Assembly: GCA_945870505.1 (NCBI GenBank)
Contig: CAMBSN010000004.1
Span: 3,538 to 67,537, forward strand
Direction: 5' to 3'
From: Candidatus Kuenenia stuttgartensis
GTDB taxonomy: Bacteria; Planctomycetota; Planctomycetia; Pirellulales; UBA1268
Length of the DNA: 64,000 nt
Position numbers and translations under genes: made by a program. Below, one piece after another: positions 8,163 to 16,094 of the stretch; positions within the stretch are counted from its first letter, which is position 1, and the number at the start of each line of letters is the position of its first letter. A model generated the notes under the pieces. That model was not told the origin of the DNA. It saw nothing but the letters and a program-made list of their open reading frames with translations, and ran no database searches.

Positions 8163-9218
8163 TCAGCGCTGCTCGTCGAGCCGGGCGCGGGCGAGGGTGG
8201 CCCACGGGCTTTCCGGGGCCAGCGCGAGAAACTGGCCGAGATGGTGGTCGGCGTCGCTCGCAAGCCCCATCTCGCGGAGCACGCCCGCGATGTGCCAGTG
8301 GGCGTCGGCGTAGTCGGGCTCCTGGCGGAGCACGCCCTCGAGCGCCGCGACCGCGAGGTCGTGCTCGCCGAGTTCCGCGAGCACGCAGCCGAGGCTCGCC
8401 CGGGCCTGCAGGTGATCGGGATCGATCTCGATCACCGCATAATACCGCTCCCGCGCCGCCGTCAGGTCTCCTGCACGGTAGAGCAGTTCGGCCAGCATGA
8501 AGACCACGCGGGCTGACGGGCCCTGCGCCTGGAGCACCGCCCGTAGGGCCTCCGCCGCCTCGACAAACTCGCCAGCCGCCTCAAGGTCGTCGGCAAGGTC
8601 GAGGATCTCCGCCGCATCCGTTCCCGGGGCAGGGAGGTCGTGCGGCGTCGTGGCCGCTGCCTGCGTCTCGGTCGGTGGCGTTGGCCGAATGCCGACGATT
8701 GCCGGCTCGTCTATCTCGTCTGCGGCGTCGGCAAACGACGACGTGTAGAAGCCGAGTTGGAGTTGGCGGCCGGGGGCCAGCAGGCGACCACCCTCATCGA
8801 GGTTTAGCCGCCGGCCGTCGAGTCGCACCCGCGCCGCGGCCTCCGCGGCAGCCCGTGCTCCGCCAGGCGCCAGGCCGCCGAGCTTGGCGTCGATCTCGCG
8901 GAGCGAGAGCCCGCCCGCGAGCAGGCGGGCGAGATGGCGGCCCACGACCAGCTGCGGAAAGTCGAACCACTCGACCGAGCCGGCGACGTGTGCGGGCACG
9001 AGCAGGCCGCCACGCGACCAATGGCGGATCGCGGCCGGTGGCACGGCGAGCACGTCGGCCATCATTGCAGCCGTGTGGAGCCTGTGAACTCCTAGCGAAT
9101 CAGACGGGTGCTCGTCGAGCAGCAGAGGCTGCCGCGGGCTGCGTCGCCGCGGAGCGGCTTCCGCTGCGGGCCGCCGCCCGAGTTCCCGTGTGTCGTCGTT
9201 CGTAAACTCGGGGGGCAT
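8163..9218 (-). CDS. MerR-type HTH domain protein with C-terminal TPR repeats
   Basis: A MerR-like HTH is present (MMADVLAVPPAAIRHWSRGGLLVP...WFDFPQLVVGRHLARLLAGGLSLREI). The C-terminus has TPR-like AExLYRAGD / YYAVIEIDPDH / ALEGVLRQEPDYADAH units. I prefer the ATG at 9218 because AGGA lies 7 nt upstream. The alternative start is 9272. Confidence 0.7.
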   Translation of the reverse strand: MPPEFTNDDTRELGRRPAAEAAPRRRSPRQPLLLDEHPSDSLGVHRLHTAAMMADVLAVPPAAIRHWSRGGLLVPAHVAGSVEWFDFPQLVVGRHLARLLAGGLSLREIDAKLGGLAPGGARAAAEAAARVRLDGRRLNLDEGGRLLAPGRQLQLGFYTSSFADAADEIDEPAIVGIRPTPPTETQAAATTPHDLPAPGTDAAEILDLADDLEAAGEFVEAAEALRAVLQAQGPSARVVFMLAELLYRAGDLTAARERYYAVIEIDPDHLQARASLGCVLAELGEHDLAVAALEGVLRQEPDYADAHWHIAGVLREMGLASDADHHLGQFLALAPESPWATLARARLDEQR

Positions 9219-9463
9219 GCGCGAATCCTGCAAGGATCGCGGGAATGTACTCGGCGCATCGGCGGCTGCCAATCGGCGAGCGTTATTCTGCGAAGGCGCG
9301 ATCAGGCGGCCTCCCGACCACAGTCGCCCCGGTTATGGCCGCTGAAGGGCTCAGACCCCCCGTCGCGACCCCGTGCCGGCATCCCTGATGCTCGTCATGA
9401 TGGCGATCGGTGTGGGCATCCACTTCGTGCAGGAGTCGAGAGCCCAAGCTTCCGCCGCCGTCG

Positions 9464-9856
9464 TCAGACGGTGGCGGCAACTGGCTCGAGCTGGAAGATC
9501 TGCACCATCGTGCCGCTCGTGAAGGCGTGGACGACCGCGCCGCTCGCGGGCTCTATCACCACGGCCGCCTCGCGAACCCTGCGGCCGGTCAGTCGCTGGA
9601 TCTCGCGGCGGAGTTCGTTGCACGACACCGCGAACAGCGCCCGGTGGTAGTCCTCGACCTTTGATGCGCCGGCCTCGGTGCGGACGAGGATCTTCTCGGC
9701 GGGCGTCAGCGCCTCCTGGAGCGTCACCACCACCGTCTCTTCGCTGGCGACCACCGTCACCGCCTTCGGCGTGTGGCCCGTCCGTTCCGATTGCATCGCC
9801 AGCGCAATGTCCGCCAGTTCCTTCGACATGGCCGCCGACGACATCTGCCCGCTCAT
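9464..9856 (-). CDS. DUF2294 family protein
   Basis: 130 aa. The layout resembles DUF2294 as I recall it: SKELADIALAMQSERTGHTPKAVTV...VVVTLQEALTPAEK...FAVSCNELRREIQRLTG. This is recognised from memory of the family only. Confidence 0.65.
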   Translation of the reverse strand: MSGQMSSAAMSKELADIALAMQSERTGHTPKAVTVVASEETVVVTLQEALTPAEKILVRTEAGASKVEDYHRALFAVSCNELRREIQRLTGRRVREAAVVIEPASGAVVHAFTSGTMVQIFQLEPVAATV

Positions 9857-10085
9857 CTGCTGTTCTCCGGAGATTCACACCGCACGAAAAACAGGCGGCA
9901 TGATGCGTAAATAAGTGCCACAGCGAGGGGCGTCCCGGCAACCCCCCTCCACCGAGGTCAAAGCAGCGATCCCGGTCGGTGGATCAGGGAAGCGTTCGCT
10001 TGGGGCAGCGGACGGCGGTGGATTGTGGTCAGACCCGTGAGGCCGCTGAAGAGTCTGATGAATGCGGCCTAGGAGGCCGCGCCAA

Positions 10086-11789
10086 TCAGGTTGTGTGGTC
10101 TGGCGTGAGGATCGGCTTCAGGAAGCCAGCGCCCGAGGTCTTCGCAGCGGGCACATCGCGAAGATCGTGAGCCGGCTGGGCCGGCTCGACCGCGGGGCCG
10201 GCCGGTGCGACCGTCGGGGTCGGCTCGGCAGGAACGGTCACGGAGGGCACAGCGGCGGACGGGGAAGGAATCGCCTCGGCGGCCAGGACGGAATCCGCCA
10301 CCGGCTTCTCGGCAACCAGGGACTGCACGCCGGCGGTCTTCGCCGGATCGACGTGCTGCAGGGGCGACGCCGTCCAGCCCTCGCTGACAGGAGCGGCCGC
10401 TGCGGCCGGCTTGTCGCTGAACGTCTTGAGCGGAGCGGCGGTCGGGGGCGTTTCGGGGCGGGCCGATGAGGCTGCTGGCGTGGGCACCGTTTCGTAGGTG
10501 GCGGCCGCCGGCAGAGCTGGGGTCATCGCAGGGGGAGCCATCGCCGGGGCGGCGGCCGGCAGTGGATTGCCGCACGGATCGAGCGGCACCTTCGTGACCA
10601 CCGTCCGCGGCATCCGCACCGTGTAGGTGTAGGGGGTCTTCTTCTCGACCACCCGCGGCACCTGCACCGAACGCTCCTCGGTGACGACCTTCATCACCTG
10701 GACCTGCACCGGCTCAACCTTCTCCTCGGCCACCATCTTGCAGACCTGGAACGCCACCTGGCGGACCTGCTCCTCCGGCACCATCTTGCAGACCTGCACC
10801 GGCACTTTGTTATCGACCCGCTCGACGACCTTGCGGACCGTCTGCACCGGGACCTGCCGGACCGCAGTCTCGGCCACCATCTTCATGGTCTGTACTGGCA
10901 CCTGCGTCACCACCTGCTCGTCCACGTAGCGGACGGTCTGCACCGGCACCTTCTGGGTGACGACGCGGTTGACATAGGTGGTTTCCGGCACCTGCACCGG
11001 GGTGTAGGTCGGCTGATAGACACGGTTGACCTGGTTGACCACCGCGCCCGGCGTCATCACCCATTGGTAGCCGCCCCGCTGCCAGACGGCGAGGCCGGTG
11101 TAGGGATCGACGACCCAGCCGCCCGGTGCATAGCCGAGGCCGGTTGCTCCCGGCGTGACCACGGGCGTGACGGTGTCGACCGGCTGGCTGCCGACCGAGT
11201 AGGCCGTCCGCATCTGCGTGACCGGTTCGGTGACGGTGTAGGCCTGCTCGCGCTCGCTCGTCTCGTAGACCGGCTTGCGGACGACCTGCACCTGCTGCTG
11301 CATCGCGGTCTCGTAGACCGGCTTCATCACGGTGTACTGCTCTTCGCGGGTGGCCGTCTCGACCACGTCGCGGGTGACGTCGTAGCTGCGGTCCTCGATC
11401 ACGGTCTCGTAGACCGGCTTCATCACCGTGGTCCGCTCCTCACGGGTCTGCGTCTCCCAGACCGGCTTCTGCACGGTGTAGCGGCGTTCCTGCGTTTGCG
11501 TCTCCCAGACCGGCTTCTGCACGGCGTAGGTCTTCGTGTCGTAGACGGTCTCGTAGCTGACCCGCTCGGCCGTGACCTGCCGTTCGTCGAAGACGGTCTG
11601 GTAGTCGAGCCGATAGGTCTGCGTGGGCACCGCGACAGCGACCGGCGCGGGGGCAGAACCGCAGCCGCACTCGGCGGTGGCGCGCTGCATCGTGGTCGCC
11701 TGGGGCGCGAGCACGAGGCCAGCGCAGGCGACCGACTGCAGGCGGCGGAGAAGGTTCGAGCGGGGCGAGCGGGCACCGGACGCGGACAT
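10086..11789 (-). CDS. Secreted YTV-type repeat protein
   Basis: 567 aa. After a signal-like N-terminus come about 7 tandem units of the form QKPVWETQT.E.RYTV / MKPVYET...YTV, then VPVQTV/VPVQVCKMV repeats and an Ala/Pro-rich tail. This matches the Pfam YTV repeat described from Rhodopirellula. Confidence 0.7.
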   Translation of the reverse strand: MSASGARSPRSNLLRRLQSVACAGLVLAPQATTMQRATAECGCGSAPAPVAVAVPTQTYRLDYQTVFDERQVTAERVSYETVYDTKTYAVQKPVWETQTQERRYTVQKPVWETQTREERTTVMKPVYETVIEDRSYDVTRDVVETATREEQYTVMKPVYETAMQQQVQVVRKPVYETSEREQAYTVTEPVTQMRTAYSVGSQPVDTVTPVVTPGATGLGYAPGGWVVDPYTGLAVWQRGGYQWVMTPGAVVNQVNRVYQPTYTPVQVPETTYVNRVVTQKVPVQTVRYVDEQVVTQVPVQTMKMVAETAVRQVPVQTVRKVVERVDNKVPVQVCKMVPEEQVRQVAFQVCKMVAEEKVEPVQVQVMKVVTEERSVQVPRVVEKKTPYTYTVRMPRTVVTKVPLDPCGNPLPAAAPAMAPPAMTPALPAAATYETVPTPAASSARPETPPTAAPLKTFSDKPAAAAAPVSEGWTASPLQHVDPAKTAGVQSLVAEKPVADSVLAAEAIPSPSAAVPSVTVPAEPTPTVAPAGPAVEPAQPAHDLRDVPAAKTSGAGFLKPILTPDHTT

Positions 11790-11973
11790 GGGTTCTCTCC
11801 TAGGAAGGACCCTTCGAGACTAATCCGATGTACGCAGGCCACAAGCGGCTTGTTGAGAAAAAACCACTGTTTTTTCAAGGAAAAATGGCCCCCTGTTCCG
11901 CACGAACGGTGCAATCGGCCCATCTTCCGGCATCGAGCCCGCGTTCTGCGTCGTCTGGCGTGCGGCCCCGCTC

Positions 11974-12250
11974 GGGACTGCCCATGCCCCGTCGCCGGAC
12001 GTTCGCGGATGCCATCGTGGCATCCGCTCACTGCATGTCCGCTGCGCTTCGCCGGGCACCGATCCGCCGCAGGCGGATTGGTCGTGGCTTCGCTTGCTCC
12101 CATAGCCCGGCTCCCGGGCACGGGCAGCCCCTCGCTGCCTCCCGTAGCACAGGTTTCGAACCTGTGTGTCTTTCCGACTCGCATCCGTAGCACAGGTTTT
12201 CAACCTGTGTGTATTTCCGTTTCGCATCGGGCACGGGCAACCCCGAGCGG
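11974..12250. repeat. Mosaic repeat cluster: 158-bp inverted-repeat element plus two REP-like hairpins and a solo element end
   Basis: The long element spans 11974-12131 (gggactgcccatgcccc ... gggcacgggcagcccc). Hairpins lie at 12144-12166 and 12187-12209, each followed by the tgtmtttccg..tcgca tail also seen at 7888-7905. A solo end, gggcacgggcaacccc, lies at about 12229-12244. Confidence 0.8.
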
Positions 12251-12305
12251 CGCACGACGAGGAGCCCGCGGCCTTACGGCCGGTCGGCTTGCCGAGGCGT
12301 GCAGC

Positions 12306-12806
12306 CTACGAAAGCTTGTCGAGCAGGCGGCGGCTGGTGGCGTCGAGCGCCAACTCGCGCGGAATCAGATACCGCATCCCGAACGTGTCGGTGATGAACA
12401 CGCCGCCGTCGGGTGGCCGGGCGATGTCGTCGGCGTGGGCCACCTTGAACCGGTGTCGACCGCGGTCGGTGATCACCATCCATTCCGACGGCTCGGAATC
12501 GGAAACCGCCTCGATCCGCTCGATCACGGGGAGGAACTCACGCTGGGCGAGTTCCCGCTCCAGGAGTCCGCGAAGCTCTGCCGGCTGATCCGCGAGCGAC
12601 TCGATCCAGGCCAGTTCGCCGCCGTCCGCAGCGATGATCGCGACCGGCCCCGCGGCCGCCGTCACCGGAAACGCCCGCAAGACATCGACGTCGGGGTGCC
12701 GCGTCCCAATCGCGTCGACGAGGTCGAGCCGGCCGTGGTCGTGCCGTTCGATCCGCCAGCCCTCGGGTGACGCGACAGAGATCATCGTGGAGTCGGATGC
12801 GTTCAT
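12306..12806 (-). CDS. DUF1854 family protein (cyanophycin-metabolism-associated type)
   Basis: 166 aa. Family-like blocks are present: LRAFPVTAAAGPVAIIAADGGELAWIESLADQP, REFLPVIERIEAVS, WMVITDRGRHRFKV, DATSRRLLDKL. It lies directly downstream of an ABC exporter and next to cphA. Confidence 0.75.
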   Translation of the reverse strand: MNASDSTMISVASPEGWRIERHDHGRLDLVDAIGTRHPDVDVLRAFPVTAAAGPVAIIAADGGELAWIESLADQPAELRGLLERELAQREFLPVIERIEAVSDSEPSEWMVITDRGRHRFKVAHADDIARPPDGGVFITDTFGMRYLIPRELALDATSRRLLDKLS

Positions 12807-12841
12807 GGTCGTGCCCTCGCTGTGGCGTTAGGGTGAGGGTG

Positions 12842-15127
12842 TCAGGCCGAGGCCGCAGCCTCCTCGGCCGCTTTCATCTGAGCGTGGTAGAGCCGGGCAT
12901 ACATGCCGTCGGCGGCGAGAAGATCCTCGTGGGTGCCCACCTCGACGATTCGGCCTGCATCAAGCACGACGAGCCGGTTGGCTCGTCTGAGCGTCGAGAG
13001 GCGATGGGCGATCGCGATCGTCGTTCGGCCCGTCACGAGCCGGTCGATCGCCGCCTGGATGATCGCCTCGGTCTCCGCATCGACGCTCGACGTCGCCTCG
13101 TCGAGGACGAGGATTCGTGGGTCGACGAGCAGCGCCCGGGCGATCGAGAGCCGCTGTCGCTCGCCGCCGGAGAGGCCGCCGCCCCGCTCGCCGACGCGGG
13201 AATCGTAGGCGAGGGGCTGCGAGAGGATGAAGTCGTGGGCCCCGGCGGCACGGGCCGCCTCGACGATCTTGTTCCGAGGGGCATCCGGCTGGCCGTAGGC
13301 GATGTTGTCGGCGATCGTGCCGAAGAACAGGAACGGCTCCTGGAGCACGCAGCCAAGGTTGCGGTGGTAGTCGGCGATGTCGACGTCGCGGAGATCAACG
13401 CCGTCGACGCGGATCGAGCCGCTCGACGGGTCGTAGAACCGGCAGACGAGATTGGCGAGAGTGGACTTGCCGGAGCCGCTCGTACCCACGAGACCGATCA
13501 TCTCACCCGGCTCAATGATCAGGTCGACGCCGTGCAGCACCTCGCGGGCACCGTAGCGGAAGTGGACGCCGGAGATCTCGATCCGCCCCTCGACCCGGCC
13601 GAGCTTCACCGGCCTCGGCGCCTCGGCGACGGTCGGCTTGCAGTCGAGGATCTCGAAGATCCGCTGGGCGCTCGCCGAGGCTCGCTGGGTGGCGGGCACC
13701 ATTCGGATCATCGACTCGACGCGGCCATAGAACCGGGCGATGTAGGCAAGAAAGGCGGTCAGGCCGCCGACCGTCACGCTACCAGTGAACACCAGCCACG
13801 CCCCGCAGGCCCAGACCACGAGCAAGCCGATCTCGCTGATCAGGCTCACGACCGGCCCCGTGAACGACCAGATCACGTTGACGCGGTCGTTGGCCTCGAG
13901 CACCCGCTCGTTCGCGGAGACAAACCGGTCAATCTCCCGGCGCTCCTGGGCGAACGCCTTGACGACGCGGATGCCGGGAATCGTGTCGGCCAAGGCGCTC
14001 GTCATGTCGCTCCAGGCCACGGCCGCCCGGGAGAATCCCCGGCGGAGTCGCTCGCGGACGGCGTAGATCAGCCAGACCACGAACGGGAACGGGACGAGCG
14101 TGAGCACGGCGAGGAGCGGATTGAGCCAGATGAGCACCGTTGCGGTGAGCACCAGGAGCATCACGTTGGAGGCGAACTCGATGAGGTTGACCGACAGGAA
14201 GACGTTGATCTTGTCGGTGTCGCTGCCCACCCGCGACATGAGATCTCCGGTCCGCTTGCCCTGAAAAAAATCAAGCGAGAGCGTCTGCATGTGGGCGTAG
14301 GTTCGCGTCCGCAGGTCCGCCGCGATCCGCTCGCTCACCCAGCCGAGCACCCAGGTCTGGGCCCACGAGAGGAGCCAGGCGGCAAGCGCTGCGGCGAGCA
14401 GGCCGCCGAGATACCACCAGACGAGCGAGAACGGGACATCCTTGCCGTTCTGCCGCGGGATCAGCACCGTGTCTACAAGCGGCATCGTGAGGTACGGAGG
14501 CACGAGCGCTGCCGTTGTGCTGGCGAGCGAGAGCAGGCCGCCAAGGATCGCCATGCCAGCATGTGGCCGGGCGAAGGCGATCACGCGGAACAGCGCCCGC
14601 CACGAGGCGGTGCCGCCGCCATCGTCACCGAGCCCGCGGCCGGCAGGGGCGGGCTTCTCGTCCGTCTCTCCGGAGGCGTCGTCGGTCACCGCCGAAGGCT
14701 TCCGGCCCCCCTCGGGTTCCGTCAGCCCGTCGGGGCCTGCCACCCTCGCGTCGAAGGCATCCTCGATCGTGTGAATCGCATCGGCCTTCGCCGGCGTGAA
14801 CAGCCAGCGAGCGACAACGCGGTCGCCCTCGGAGAGCTCCACGCGGCCAACGGCCGAGCGGAGCTGGACGTCGAGCCGTGTGTGCGGCCCGATCGTCCAC
14901 GTCCAGGGCCCCGATCCACCGAGCGGCTGTGTTGCGGAAGCCGGTCGGTCAGCGATCACCCGCCGGGTGGTGAGCACGATCCAGCCATCGCTGAAGCGAA
15001 GGCTGGAATCGAGGTCGAATCGGCCCGTCGCCAGAACCGTTTCCCCAGGGAGAAGCCCTCCGGCGGACTCTCCCCAAGGCAGGGTGGAGACGGGGGGCTG
15101 CTCGCTGGGGGCTGATCCTTGGGTCAT
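12842..15127 (-). CDS. ABC transporter, fused permease/ATPase (exporter type) with ~190-aa N-terminal extra domain
   Basis: 761 aa. It has six-TM exporter-type hydrophobic segments, Walker A GTSGSGKST, signature LSGGERQRLSIARA, and Walker B ILVLDEATS. The N-terminal ~190 aa are soluble (GRFDLDSSLRFSDGWIVLTTRRVIAD). Confidence 0.9.
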   Translation of the reverse strand: MTQGSAPSEQPPVSTLPWGESAGGLLPGETVLATGRFDLDSSLRFSDGWIVLTTRRVIADRPASATQPLGGSGPWTWTIGPHTRLDVQLRSAVGRVELSEGDRVVARWLFTPAKADAIHTIEDAFDARVAGPDGLTEPEGGRKPSAVTDDASGETDEKPAPAGRGLGDDGGGTASWRALFRVIAFARPHAGMAILGGLLSLASTTAALVPPYLTMPLVDTVLIPRQNGKDVPFSLVWWYLGGLLAAALAAWLLSWAQTWVLGWVSERIAADLRTRTYAHMQTLSLDFFQGKRTGDLMSRVGSDTDKINVFLSVNLIEFASNVMLLVLTATVLIWLNPLLAVLTLVPFPFVVWLIYAVRERLRRGFSRAAVAWSDMTSALADTIPGIRVVKAFAQERREIDRFVSANERVLEANDRVNVIWSFTGPVVSLISEIGLLVVWACGAWLVFTGSVTVGGLTAFLAYIARFYGRVESMIRMVPATQRASASAQRIFEILDCKPTVAEAPRPVKLGRVEGRIEISGVHFRYGAREVLHGVDLIIEPGEMIGLVGTSGSGKSTLANLVCRFYDPSSGSIRVDGVDLRDVDIADYHRNLGCVLQEPFLFFGTIADNIAYGQPDAPRNKIVEAARAAGAHDFILSQPLAYDSRVGERGGGLSGGERQRLSIARALLVDPRILVLDEATSSVDAETEAIIQAAIDRLVTGRTTIAIAHRLSTLRRANRLVVLDAGRIVEVGTHEDLLAADGMYARLYHAQMKAAEEAAASA

Positions 15128-16094
15128 GGGGACAGGGCTGGCGGGTGGGGCATAATCCGCAGCAAAAAGGTGTGAAAAAGCGTAATTTTTAGAGGAAGAT
15201 GCGGGTTTGGGAGGTTGCTGCCGCGGCCGGCAATAGAAATTTGCGTGGCTTACCGAACATGCCTAGATTACCGTGACGTTTGCGTGGTTTTTCGATGGAG
15301 CGTGCGGCCGCAAAGCAACAAGAGCCGTCCCGCCTCGGCTGCGGCGGTCGCCGGACTGTAGAAATTTCCAACTGCCCGCCTCGACCATCCCCATTTTGAC
15401 ACGCCGCTCGGTCAATCCTTCCGTGCCCCCGGCCCCCTGGCTCCCCCGCGATACCGTGAATCAGCCTCCAGTGCAGAGTTGTCGTCGGATTTCCGGGTTT
15501 CGGCACGGGACGTGCATTGTCGGGGAGATGTTGAAAAAAAGTTCGCAGTCGTCGCTCGGAAGCGTAAACTCTGGCGATCGTTCTGCGAAGTCGGTCCCGG
15601 ATATCCGAGATCGATGGATGCGACGAGGCGGCGTCGAACAGGGCGGCTCCTGGCGGCGTTGCGGTTGGAATCATGGTGCCGCGAGGAACGGGTATCGCAA
15701 GCGAACGCGCGTCCGTGAGGCGTGCGGCGTTACCATCCGGCCTCGCGGTGTAGGAACTTTTTCGTCCCATGGCCACTTCGGCCGGTCGGTTGACGGTTCG
15801 TTTCTGCCCCTTGTTGTTCCCCTGCCCGTCCGCGAAGAACCGCTTCGCTGGGGGCATCTCTTCCGCGGCCCCGGACTGCCCACCGCCGCCCTGACGGTGT
15901 CCACCGTCGGGTTCTTACGGATGTCCGCCCTGGCGGACAGCACTTCGTGGGCGACGCGCCTGCGACGTGCCGTTGTGACCCGTGCGACCTCCGCTCCAGC
16001 GCATCCTGCCGGGCTGTCCGGCGGCTGGGCGAGGCGCACACGACCAGACCGGCGCATGCGTCTGCAGCAGGTCTAAAAGAGCACACACACTTCC

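Noticed and set aside
12767-15115. Very long ORFs antisense to well-supported genes. Examples: 12767-15115 (+), 25722-28427 (+), 55903-57672 (+), 51982-53673 (+), 60491-61687 (+), 38672-39997 (+), 49457-50614 (+), 15915-17129 (-), 17136-18317 (-), 2955-4070 (-), 11064-12770 (+).
   Set aside because: They are mirror-frame artefacts of very GC-rich coding DNA, where stop codons are rare. Their translations are Arg/Gly/Asp/His/Pro-rich low-complexity strings with no family motifs. The opposite strand encodes proteins with clear family signatures (ABC, ClpC, NuoG, NuoL, NuoD, CCP, CphA and others).
15189-15857. 222-aa minus-strand ORF inside the long cphA/ABC spacer, considered as a possible real gene.
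   Set aside because: Only the first 30-40 codons show GC3-rich usage. The rest has many A/T-ending and rare-looking codons, an Arg/Gly/Pro-rich composition and no recognisable motif. I kept it as an open question under the spacer finding rather than as a feature.
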